A stretch of DNA of 64,000 nucleotides, taken from assembly GCA_963674735.2 (NCBI GenBank), contig CAXXQS010000002.1, positions 2,208,001 through 2,272,000 of the forward strand, written 5' to 3'. This DNA is from Myxococcota bacterium. Its GTDB lineage: Bacteria; Myxococcota_A; SURF-8. The position numbers and the translations under genes are program-made. The notes beneath the pieces are model-generated. The model searched no databases, was not told where the DNA came from, and worked only from the letters and a program-made list of their open reading frames with translations. Positions 55,493 through 64,000 of this stretch are shown here, piece after piece. Numbering within the stretch: position 1 is the stretch's first letter; each line of letters starts with the position of its first letter.

Positions 55493-57060
55493 GGCGAGGC
55501 GGGAGCGGCCGGGGCGGGGACGCTCGGCGCTTCTGGCACCGGTTCCACAGGTGGAGGTCCGGGGACCACGTAGGGGGTTTCCCAGGGTTTCCAAGGGACG
55601 GTCTTGCGGTTGTAATAGCTCCACTCTTTGAGTGGTGCGTTGAAATAGTGGACCTTCCAGTAATCCGTTCCGGCGGCTCGGATGGCGATCTGGGCGGATT
55701 TTCGCAAAGGGGTCCAGAACAGCTTGACTGCGTCGTCGGCTCCGGCGGGCAGACGATGAATTTCCAGGAAGGTCGAGTATAGATCGGTACGGGTGAGAAT
55801 GGCCACTTCACCGGAGGACAGCCGTACCGCTGCTTCCGGCAGTCCACCGGGCAGGACTTGGGTCAGCCACAACTTTGTTACGTTTGGCTGCGCTTCAGCG
55901 TCTTCTGTTTTCAGGCCGCGTTCTACATCGACAAACGGGGCGCAACGCGGATCGGTGGCGGGATCGACGATCTTCCAACCTTTGCCGTAGATACCGAAAT
56001 CGAGTGGGGTTTCGCTATCCATGGCTACCGTCACCGGCCGTCGGTCGGAACGAAGATCGAGCAGCCATTGGCGGTCTTTCTGCCACCAGGTGCCGGTATG
56101 GCTGAGTTTCGCATAGGGCTTACGCAAGTAGGCTTCCGCTCCGCCGGAGCTGTAGAGCGCCAAGAGCGCCTTGCTTTTGCGCATGAAGCAAGCGGAGGCT
56201 TCGGCGGCTTGCCTGGGGAGGATCTCGCTTGGGAGGCTCCGTTGCATTTCCGTTTCCAGCACGATCAAACCGGCCTGACCGAGGTCGTAATAGCCCATGC
56301 GCGGATGGCGTTCCGGGTCGAGATATTCCACCACCAACATCAGTTCATCGCCGGGGTTGAGGTGGCAACGCACCGGTTTAGGCAAACGCAGAAACTGGAC
56401 CTTCTTGCTTGGGTCGAGGGTGAACGTTTCTTCAAGCACGATTGATTGCGGGTGTCGGACTTCGCCGCGTCGTGGTTTCGCTTTTTCCGGAGGATCGTTT
56501 TCCGCCGCTTTTTCCGGTGTTTTCATCGCGGCTTCAAAGGCTTCGCGGGCGGCGTTTTCCAACGACCACGGTCGGGGATAATTCTTTTCCCAGGCGTTCG
56601 GCTCCGGGTCGTTCGATCTGCGCTTTCCCTCGCGTGACAAGACCGAGACCTTCACCTTCTTGAGGGTCGGAACGTCGAATCCGTCGATTTCCGGACCCGG
56701 CGTCAATTCGCCCAGCCAGACGCCGTGAATGGCGGTCAGCGGATTTTCAAGACGGGTTTCGTATTCCGTTGTCTTGATGGCCGTATCGCCCGGCTTGCGG
56801 TCGACTTTAACCCCCGGAGGCGGTGGGACCGCCATTTTCGAGGTAGCCATTTGCGGCGAAAACATGGAAAACTGCTGCATGCGTTCCATGTCGCCGAGCT
56901 GCTCGTAAATCAACTGACGGCTATCCTCAAAGGCAGGCTGCTTATCCGTTTCCGTTTGTGCGGTCGGGGCTTCCGGAGTCGCGGCAGGCGGCGGCGTTGA
57001 ATCGGAACAGGCCGCGATCAGCAAGAATAAAGCGAGAATTCCAAACGCGTGTAGCTTCAT
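55489..57060 (-). CDS. hypothetical lipoprotein
   Basis: IAAC lipobox, long ORF with RBS, Pro-rich ends. Confidence 0.72.
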   Translation of the reverse strand: MKLHAFGILALFLLIAACSDSTPPPAATPEAPTAQTETDKQPAFEDSRQLIYEQLGDMERMQQFSMFSPQMATSKMAVPPPPGVKVDRKPGDTAIKTTEYETRLENPLTAIHGVWLGELTPGPEIDGFDVPTLKKVKVSVLSREGKRRSNDPEPNAWEKNYPRPWSLENAAREAFEAAMKTPEKAAENDPPEKAKPRRGEVRHPQSIVLEETFTLDPSKKVQFLRLPKPVRCHLNPGDELMLVVEYLDPERHPRMGYYDLGQAGLIVLETEMQRSLPSEILPRQAAEASACFMRKSKALLALYSSGGAEAYLRKPYAKLSHTGTWWQKDRQWLLDLRSDRRPVTVAMDSETPLDFGIYGKGWKIVDPATDPRCAPFVDVERGLKTEDAEAQPNVTKLWLTQVLPGGLPEAAVRLSSGEVAILTRTDLYSTFLEIHRLPAGADDAVKLFWTPLRKSAQIAIRAAGTDYWKVHYFNAPLKEWSYYNRKTVPWKPWETPYVVPGPPPVEPVPEAPSVPAPAAPASP

Positions 57061-57093
57061 GGATTTTCTTCCTTCTTCGCGTCGTCCATCCGG

Positions 57094-57681
57094 CTAGAAA
57101 TCGTCGTCGAGGGGTAAGCCGCGTTCCAGGCGATAGCCGGAAAATGTAATAAAGAAACCGTACATGCGCCACCCGGACCGGCCATCGCTGTGTATCAGTT
57201 CGGTGAATGCCAATCCCAGGCCGACCCCGCCGTTTGAGCTAACACCGAATTCGTAGCCGGTCGATCCGCTTATCACCCAGCGGTGAGTGTCGTAGGGATC
57301 CCAGCCGACTCCGCCTTTGACGAACAGGCCCGCAACGGGAAAGAATGTGTTCATCACCTGCAGCAGCTTGGGGGCGTCTTCGAGGCCCGATCCGCCATTG
57401 TCCATCACGAAATTCAGCGTGATGTCCATTCCCAGGTGGTACCAGGGGGTGATGCACCAGCCAGGCCGGAAATTGACGCCGATCAGGCTGGGTAATTTGT
57501 TGTCTGGCGTTGTCGCCAGCCGGATAGTCGGGTCGAGGCCCAGATATAAACCCTCCCGGTGCGGTTGTTCCGCCTGCGCGGCGGCGCAGAAGAAAAGCGG
57601 GCTGACAAAAGCCAGGGCGAGAACCCAAACAAGGCGTGTTCCCCATGAAGGGGGGATGACGCCCCGGCGAGCGAAGGTCAT
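57094..57681 (-). CDS. putative small outer-membrane beta-barrel protein
   Basis: signal peptide ending AQA; alternating Gly/aromatic strands. Confidence 0.6.
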   Translation of the reverse strand: MTFARRGVIPPSWGTRLVWVLALAFVSPLFFCAAAQAEQPHREGLYLGLDPTIRLATTPDNKLPSLIGVNFRPGWCITPWYHLGMDITLNFVMDNGGSGLEDAPKLLQVMNTFFPVAGLFVKGGVGWDPYDTHRWVISGSTGYEFGVSSNGGVGLGLAFTELIHSDGRSGWRMYGFFITFSGYRLERGLPLDDDF

Positions 57682-57708
57682 AAACTTCCGTCCTTTCCGA
57701 TCCGCTAT

Positions 57709-59925
57709 TTATTCAAACGGGTCGATCGTATGAGACGCGACTTCATCGAGGGTTGTCAATCCTTCTTTCACTTTCAGAAGACCGTATTCCCGCAAGGTCA
57801 GGAAGTTTTCTTCGCGGGCCTGATAGAGGAGCTCTTCTTCGGAAGCGCCGTTGATGATCATGCGCCGCAAGTCGCGCGAGACGCGGAGATATTCGTAGAG
57901 ACCGATGCGACCTTTGTAGCCCCTGTAGTTGCAGGCCGGACAACCCTTCGCGCGTAGGAAGGTGTAATCGTCCCGTTCGTTGGGCGGGATCATAGCCAGC
58001 AATTTTCGGTCGGGCGTATAGGGTTCGGCGCAGTTGGGGCAGATCCGGCGCGCCAAGCGCTGGTTCATGACCGACAGAACCGTGTCGGCCACCATGAAGG
58101 CCTCCACACCCATGTTGACGAGGCGTGACACGGTGGCGATGGCCGTGTTGGTATGCAAGGTGGAGAGCACGAGATGGCCGGTCTGACTGGCTTTGACGCC
58201 CAGTCCGGCGGTTTCGAGATCGCGGATTTCACCCACCAGGATGATATCGGGATCCTGACGTAGCAGGGCCTTCAATATTTTGGGGAAGGTAAGCCCGACT
58301 TTCTCGTTGAGCTGGGTCTGGTTCAGGCCTTCCAGCTTGTATTCGATCGGATCTTCGGCGGTGCAGATGTTCATTTCCTTGCCGCGCGTTTCCAGCAGAT
58401 AAATCAACGATGAATAGAGAGTGGTGGATTTTCCCGAGCCGGTAGGACCGGTAATGAGCACCATCCCCTGCGGGCGGTTGATGATATCGATGTAGCTTTC
58501 CAGGATCGGTTCGGGCAAGCCGATCTGGTCGAGGGTCAGGTCGTGCAGCTTCTGGCCGTCGAGAATACGCAGGCAGACTTTTTCGTTGCCCGATACGGGG
58601 ATGGTATTGACGCGGAAGTCGATGACGCCCATCCCTTCGATGCCAAGGCGGATGTTGCCGTCTTGGGGGACGCGCCGTTCCGAAATGTCCAGCTCGGACA
58701 TGATCTTGAGGCGCGAAATCACTGCCGGGTAATCTTCGGTGGAAATCCAGCCGCCTTCCTGCAACAAGCCGTCCACGCGGTAGCGCACACGCGGAATTTC
58801 GCCGTATTCGACATGAATATCCGAGGCTCCCAGTTTGACACCGTCGTAGATGATCTTGTTGGTGATACGCGAGATGTAATTGTCTTCGCGTCCACGTTGG
58901 ATGGCGTCGTTGTCCACCGAGGCTTCGTCGGGGGCTTCAAGCACCGTGATGCGGTCGGAACTGTCGGGCTGGATTTCGGCAGCCTTCCCTTTTTGAATCT
59001 CCGTAAACAGGGTTTTCAGCAGGTTTTTATCGAATTTGCCCACCGGGCGTACTTTGCTGACGGAGTAGATGGCGGCCAGTTCGTCCAGCTTGAGCAGATC
59101 GGCGTCGTTCTCGATAAACACTTCCAGTGTCCGCATGCCGCGATCTTCAATGATGCGAAGCGGGAAAAACTGATCCTTTTCCAGGCGGGTCAGTTTGAGG
59201 CGTTCGGCCAACGAAAAATCGACGAATTCGCCAACATGCGTCAGGTCGATTTCGGCGGATTTCAACTGTGTCATCAAGGCGTTAATCAGCAGCGGATAGT
59301 TCTGCGTGGTAACGAGCTTCAGTTTGAACAGTACTTCGCCCAGCTTCTGATCGCGGGCGTGTTCACGTTGGTAGGCCAGGGCATAATCGAGCTGTTGATG
59401 GGTAATGACGTGGTGGAGCACCAGGATTTCCCCAAGGGGCAGCTTTTTCTTGAACAGGGGTTTTTTCTTCGATGTCTCGTCCGCCTCTTCGTCGGGCATG
59501 TCCTGCGGCGGCGGCGGCGGATCGTCCGGCAGGGATTGGCCGTGCTGGCGCAATTTTTCCGAGATCAGTTCCATGTTCGGAAATTCCGAGACACGGCCTG
59601 CATCGTCGGGCGGGGGAGGGGGGCTGTCTTCCAGATCCTCCGGGACCGGCGGCAGGCCCTGTTGCTCGAAGGTGGTTTCGTCGTCCAGATGATCGGGCGG
59701 CGGCGGCGGAAGCTGTCCGCCGGTGAGTTCGTCCAGCTCGGTGCCGAATACCTCTCCTTCGTCCTCCTCGGGAACGGGGGGCGGTTGGCTTGCCGTATCG
59801 GTCAGAATTTCGCTGGCGACGGTTTTCAGCAGGTCTTTGTCCACCTGCTTACGCCGTTTCGCTATTTTGCCCGTGATCCCTTTTACGGGATGTTTATCCG
59901 GTGATTTGCCGGAAGCGTTGCTCAT
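57709..59925 (-). CDS. GspE/PilB family assembly ATPase
   Basis: ASDIH, RVPQDG, GPTGSGKSTT, EDPIE, LRQDPD, GHLVLSTLH, CPNC/CPAC; MshEN-like segment. Confidence 0.93.
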   Translation of the reverse strand: MSNASGKSPDKHPVKGITGKIAKRRKQVDKDLLKTVASEILTDTASQPPPVPEEDEGEVFGTELDELTGGQLPPPPPDHLDDETTFEQQGLPPVPEDLEDSPPPPPDDAGRVSEFPNMELISEKLRQHGQSLPDDPPPPPQDMPDEEADETSKKKPLFKKKLPLGEILVLHHVITHQQLDYALAYQREHARDQKLGEVLFKLKLVTTQNYPLLINALMTQLKSAEIDLTHVGEFVDFSLAERLKLTRLEKDQFFPLRIIEDRGMRTLEVFIENDADLLKLDELAAIYSVSKVRPVGKFDKNLLKTLFTEIQKGKAAEIQPDSSDRITVLEAPDEASVDNDAIQRGREDNYISRITNKIIYDGVKLGASDIHVEYGEIPRVRYRVDGLLQEGGWISTEDYPAVISRLKIMSELDISERRVPQDGNIRLGIEGMGVIDFRVNTIPVSGNEKVCLRILDGQKLHDLTLDQIGLPEPILESYIDIINRPQGMVLITGPTGSGKSTTLYSSLIYLLETRGKEMNICTAEDPIEYKLEGLNQTQLNEKVGLTFPKILKALLRQDPDIILVGEIRDLETAGLGVKASQTGHLVLSTLHTNTAIATVSRLVNMGVEAFMVADTVLSVMNQRLARRICPNCAEPYTPDRKLLAMIPPNERDDYTFLRAKGCPACNYRGYKGRIGLYEYLRVSRDLRRMIINGASEEELLYQAREENFLTLREYGLLKVKEGLTTLDEVASHTIDPFE

Positions 59926-60142
59926 GTTGACCTCATCCGCTCGAAACGCGTTTTCCGCTCGATAGTGTTTTCTTCAACAAAATCGACCAATTCGCCGTGG
60001 GGACACGCTGAATGGCCGCCGCTTCATAGAACGACCGACCCTCTTTGCAAACCCCTCGTTGATGCAAGCCGGCCGCAGCCGGACTCGGAAGACCGAATTA
60101 TACCGTGAGAGCGTCTGCAACGCAATGGGGACCATGCGATGA

Positions 60143-60325
60143 CACGGCGTTTCAATTCTAAGCTTTTCACCGTTTTCCACCTACTATAATTCGGCTTAGG
60201 GTGTGCCATGGGCCAAGCCTTTGGCTTGCCCATGCTGTTTTCACGGGCAAACCTGACGGTTTAGCCCGTGCCACCCATCACCAATCGAAGATAATTCGAG
60301 ACTCAATCAGAATTGAAACGCCCTA
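60143..60325 (-). mobile_element. 183-bp MITE copy 2 (inverted relative to copy 1)
   Basis: perfect 14-bp IR GGCGTTTCAATTCT/AGAATTGAAACGCC; 9-bp flanking direct repeat ATGCGATGA (60134-60142, 60326-60334). Confidence 0.9.
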
Positions 60326-60410
60326 ATGCGATGACGGGTCACATGCTAACGGATGTGTGAGAAAAAAGAGTCTCGCCCCGCAAGTGTCGTCCGGGGTTCT
60401 TCGCGTGGAA

Positions 60411-61265
60411 TCAGTCGCCATTCTCGGAGTCGCTGGGCGGCTCGGGATCGGGTTCGCCGTCGGCCACTTGGCGAAGTTCACCCGCGCGGACATAGGCGGC
60501 GCGGATGGCGTCGCTGAAAATGCGCGGGGTTTCCCGCTTTTTGAAAACATCCAATGCGGCGGCGGTCGTGCCTCCTTTGGACGTTACGGTGCGGCGCAAG
60601 GTTTCGGGCTCGTCGCTGGTTTCCACCCACAGGTCCATGGCGCCCTGGAAGGTTTGTTGCACCAGCCGGTGCGCTTCACCGGAACTGAAGCCCAGATCGA
60701 CGGCGGCGCGCATGAGATTTTCGGCCGTGTAGAAGATGTAGGCCGGGCCCGAGCCCGAAACGGCGGTGGCGGCATCGACCCGGTCTTCATCGGCCACTTC
60801 CATTTCCAACCCGAAGGCCTGAAAAATCATCTTGACTATCATGCGGTTCTTGTCGGAAACGGACGAACTGGCCATCCAGACCGTCATTCCCTTACCGATG
60901 CGAGCGGGAATGTTGGGCATGGCGCGCACCAGGGCTCCATGGCCGGTCAGCCGTTCGATGGTGCCGAGGCTGACGCCCGCCATGATCGAGACGATGATCT
61001 GCTCGTCGCTGAAACGGCCTGTCAGTTCCTCCATCATCGGCCGTGAATTTTGCGGCTTGACGCAGAAAAGGACGATATCGGAAAAGGCCAGCAACTTATG
61101 GTTATCGCGCGTGGTTTTCACCCGGTAGAGCTTTTCGAGGTGGGTGAGCCGCGAAATGTCCTGATCGCCGAGCATGATGTCGCCGGGTTCGAGGATGTTC
61201 TTTTTCAACAGCGAAGAGGTGATGACTTCACCCATGACGCCGGCTCCGATGATTCCGATCCGCAT
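60411..61265 (-). CDS. proC: pyrroline-5-carboxylate reductase
   Basis: GAGVMG, VKPQ, RAMPN, SGSGPAY, VTSKGGTT. Confidence 0.95.
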   Translation of the reverse strand: MRIGIIGAGVMGEVITSSLLKKNILEPGDIMLGDQDISRLTHLEKLYRVKTTRDNHKLLAFSDIVLFCVKPQNSRPMMEELTGRFSDEQIIVSIMAGVSLGTIERLTGHGALVRAMPNIPARIGKGMTVWMASSSVSDKNRMIVKMIFQAFGLEMEVADEDRVDAATAVSGSGPAYIFYTAENLMRAAVDLGFSSGEAHRLVQQTFQGAMDLWVETSDEPETLRRTVTSKGGTTAAALDVFKKRETPRIFSDAIRAAYVRAGELRQVADGEPDPEPPSDSENGD

Positions 61266-61281
61266 ATGGTGCTCCTTTGCG

Positions 61282-61827
61282 TCAGCGTAGACGGCCGACC
61301 AGTTCTTCGGCCAGTTCTTGTAAATCGTCGTCGTCCGCCAGCATGGCGATGGAGTCGAGTTTCAAGGCGAACTGGCGTTTGTGGCTTATGGGGTTCACTT
61401 TCCAGATGGCGTCGAGCATGCGCGCCGCCTGGAGTTTCACCGACTCCTCCGGATAGTCCAGCACCTTCAGCAGCAGATCCTGGTCTTCGGGGAAGTCGTC
61501 GTATTTCTTCAAATAAGCCGCCACGGCCTCGTTCAGGTCGTGGTCGTTGGCGGCGCGTTCGATTGCGCCGAGAAGCTTGAGGCGCGCCTGATCGGCTTCG
61601 GACTGCTCCGGGAGCTGCTCTTTCAGGTAATCGGGGATGCCCCCGCCGGAAAAGACCCGATCAAGGTCTTTTTTGTAGGTTTGATAAGCCCCGCTCTGTT
61701 CGCGTTTTTGCCCTCGTCCTTTTTTCCCGGCCGGTGCTTCATCGCGTCGATGGGAACTGCGATCTTTTTTGCGGTCGATGTCGCGCCAGCTTTTCTGTCG
61801 TCGTTCGCCGTCGCGGGAGTCCGGCAT
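61282..61827 (-). CDS. conserved hypothetical protein
   Basis: KSWRDIDRKKD N-terminus, helical C-terminus, AGGAGG RBS, in operon. Confidence 0.75.
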   Translation of the reverse strand: MPDSRDGERRQKSWRDIDRKKDRSSHRRDEAPAGKKGRGQKREQSGAYQTYKKDLDRVFSGGGIPDYLKEQLPEQSEADQARLKLLGAIERAANDHDLNEAVAAYLKKYDDFPEDQDLLLKVLDYPEESVKLQAARMLDAIWKVNPISHKRQFALKLDSIAMLADDDDLQELAEELVGRLR

Positions 61828-61861
61828 GGCTGCCTCCTGTAGGGGTCCGCATGCTTTCGGG

Positions 61862-62143
61862 TCAATACCGAATGGTAAAACCGTCGCAAGCGGAAGGTTC
61901 GTCGTTCCAGTTTACGTCGATATCGTCCACCCGGGCCAGACGCGGTCCCTGGCGGCAGATGTCGATGAAATGTTTCAGGGTGTGTTCGTCTCCCTGAGCC
62001 CGAGCCTCCACCCGACCATCGGGCAGGTTGCGCACCCAGCCACGCAGACCGAGTGCCTGCGCCTGTTCGGCCGTGTGGTAGCGGAAGGCGACGCCCTGCA
62101 CGCGTCCCGTAATCAGTAGATGCACCTCTTTTAGCGCTTTCAT
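61862..62143 (-). CDS. acyP: acylphosphatase
   Basis: GRVQGVAFR, GWVRNLPDGRVE. Confidence 0.95.
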   Translation of the reverse strand: MKALKEVHLLITGRVQGVAFRYHTAEQAQALGLRGWVRNLPDGRVEARAQGDEHTLKHFIDICRQGPRLARVDDIDVNWNDEPSACDGFTIRY

Positions 62144-62784
62144 GGGTTGCTTCCATTGATGGCCGCAGGCAATTCGGCGAAACGGTCGATGAGAGCCTGA
62201 GGTTTCGCGCTTACCAGTTCGGTGCGTGTGCCGATCCCGTAGGTGACGCCGACGGCCCGAACCCCGGCGTTTTGGGCGGCTTCGATATCCGAGGTCCGGT
62301 CTCCCACCATCCAGGTTTCCGTGGCGCAGGCGTCTAGCTCGGTCAGCAGCCGCAGGATGATGTCGGGGGCCGGTTTGGCCGGAAAGCCGTCGGTGCCCTG
62401 TACCTTTTTGAAGTAGGGGGTCAGACCGAAGAGGTCGATGACACGCTCGGCCATGAAGCTCTGCTTGGTCGTGGCCACCGCCAGATCGTGGTCGCGGCTG
62501 AGGGTGGCCAGGGTGTCGGCCACCCCGTCGTAAAGCTGTGAGGCATCGGCGCAGTGGTTGTAAAAATGCTCCCGATATTTTGCCGAGGCCGAGAGGGCCC
62601 GTTCACGGTCACCATCGCCGATCAGGTCGAGGAAAATATCGTCGAGGGGACGGCCGATCTGTCGATGAATCAGCGTTGCGGCCTGTGCGTCGGCACCCAC
62701 TTGCACCAACGCGTGGTTGATGGACGCGGCGATGTCGTCACGTGGGTCGATCAAGGTGCCGTCCAAATCGAAGATTAGCAGCAT
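62140..62784 (-). CDS. HAD-IA hydrolase (phosphoglycolate phosphatase-like)
   Basis: FDLDGTL, ATTK, KPAP, MVGD..SD. Confidence 0.9.
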   Translation of the reverse strand: MLLIFDLDGTLIDPRDDIAASINHALVQVGADAQAATLIHRQIGRPLDDIFLDLIGDGDRERALSASAKYREHFYNHCADASQLYDGVADTLATLSRDHDLAVATTKQSFMAERVIDLFGLTPYFKKVQGTDGFPAKPAPDIILRLLTELDACATETWMVGDRTSDIEAAQNAGVRAVGVTYGIGTRTELVSAKPQALIDRFAELPAAINGSNP

Positions 62785-62886
62785 GGGGCCTGAACTCCTG
62801 TCGCGGCGGGCGTTCGTCGCCTGAGCCGCAAGGAAAAGGGGCGCAGGAAAATCCCACGCCCCGATCCGTTACTGTTGGGCCGTGGA

Positions 62887-63831
62887 TCAGCCTTCTTTTT
62901 CGCGCAAAACCTCGCCCACGCTGGCGACCGCGCTCAGTACGCCGGAGGCTTCGTAGGGGATAAAGATCTTGCTGCTGCGCGAATTGGAGATCTTCTCCAG
63001 CGTTTCCAGGTACTTGATGGCAATGAGGCCCTTGGTCGGACGCCCGTCGTGGATGCCCTTGAAGGTATGCCGGATGGCGTCGGCTTGCGCGATAGCCACC
63101 TTTTCGATGGCAGCCGCTTCGGCTTCGGCGCGCAGGATTTTGGCCTGCTTGTCGCCCTCGGCTTCGGCGATGGCGGAATCGCGCTCGCCCTCGGCCTTCA
63201 AAATAGCGGCTCGCTTGAAGCCCTCGGCCTCGGTGACGGTGGCGCGTCGCTCGCGCTCGGCCTTCATCTGTTTGGCCATGGCCTCTTCGATTTCCTGCGG
63301 CGGATTGATGTTTTTGAGTTCCACGCGTGTGACTTTCACGCCCCATTTGTCGGTGGCCTCGTCGAGCACGACGCGCAGCTTGGTGTTGACGGTCTCACGC
63401 GAGGTGAGCGTTTCGTCGAGGTCCATTTCGCCCATCACGTTACGTAGGTTGGTGATGGCGAGTTGGCGAATGGCGACCGATAAATCGGCGATCTCGTAGG
63501 AAGCCTTGACCGGATCGGCCACCTGGAAATAGATCACCGAATCGACTTGCATGGTGACGTTATCGTGAGTGATGACCGGTTGCGGCGGAAAGTCCATCAC
63601 CTGTTCGCGCAGATCGATGCGCCGGTTGAAGCGGCCTTCCAAACGGAAAACACGCGCCGAATCGATAACCGGCACCACGAAATGCAACCCACTCTGGCAC
63701 ACCCGCTGGAATTTACCCAGGCGCTCCACGATGATCGCTTCCGACTGGCGCACGATATAGATTCCACGGATAATGAAAATGGAAACAAAAAAGACGATTA
63801 CCAGGACAACAACACCCAACGCTCCCGTCAT
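62887..63831 (-). CDS. SPFH/band 7 (QmcA-like) protein
   Basis: VERLGKF, DLREQ, ITHDNV, WGVKVTRVE, QMKAERERRA. Confidence 0.93.
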   Translation of the reverse strand: MTGALGVVVLVIVFFVSIFIIRGIYIVRQSEAIIVERLGKFQRVCQSGLHFVVPVIDSARVFRLEGRFNRRIDLREQVMDFPPQPVITHDNVTMQVDSVIYFQVADPVKASYEIADLSVAIRQLAITNLRNVMGEMDLDETLTSRETVNTKLRVVLDEATDKWGVKVTRVELKNINPPQEIEEAMAKQMKAERERRATVTEAEGFKRAAILKAEGERDSAIAEAEGDKQAKILRAEAEAAAIEKVAIAQADAIRHTFKGIHDGRPTKGLIAIKYLETLEKISNSRSSKIFIPYEASGVLSAVASVGEVLREKEG

Positions 63832-63905
63832 CGGCCTCTCCTTTCGGCTATAGGATCTGTATCCTGATCGGGTTTAAATCGGTCATATTCGTGTCCGAGA
63901 CGGTC

Positions 63906-64000
63906 TCAGACGTTTGCTTCGGTTTCCGTGTCGACCGGTTCGACATCGCTGACCACCAGCTTGGCTCCGTCGACTTCGGTGATCCATAGCTGGGTTCCCG
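63906..64000 (-). CDS. NfeD family protein, 3' fragment
   Basis: GTQLWITEVDGAKLVV OB-fold tail directly upstream of an SPFH gene. Confidence 0.65.
   Translation of the reverse strand, partial: GTQLWITEVDGAKLVVSDVEPVDTETEANV

Noticed and set aside
1-64000. CRISPR array, tRNA or rRNA genes
   Set aside because: No regularly spaced repeats, cloverleaf or rRNA-like sequence recognised by eye

Overview
GC-rich (roughly 55-60%) bacterial chromosomal segment. The many Cys-rich and Asp-Gly-Asp (DGD) lipoproteins suggest a myxobacterial/deltaproteobacterial-type organism (inference). It carries L-rhamnose catabolism genes (rhaDBA, rhaM), a 5'-nucleotidase, an HD phosphohydrolase, suhB, a frameshift-split N6-adenine methyltransferase, orphan gspD and pilB/gspE genes, nfo, an orphan mlaE, a GGDEF protein and a FadL-family/lipoprotein cluster. 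It also carries an ArsR-controlled Psr/Phs-type molybdoenzyme operon with unusual cytochrome b-YeeE and YeeE-rhodanese fusions, an AT-richer pair of C-type-lectin-fold lipoprotein genes, class II RNR nrdJ with tandem NrdR boxes, proC, acyP, and SPFH/NfeD genes. The most notable unexplained signals are: (1) a candidate ~245-nt sigma54-driven, highly structured non-coding RNA at ~51485-51729 (minus strand); (2) next to it, an integrase-less ImmA/XRE switch facing a small operon of phage-like regulators; (3) two copies of a 183-bp MITE with terminal inverted repeats, target-site duplications and an internal REP doublet; (4) the sulfur-transporter-fused reductase operon. No rRNA, tRNA or CRISPR array was recognised. 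All calls are from motif reading by eye; no database search was run.
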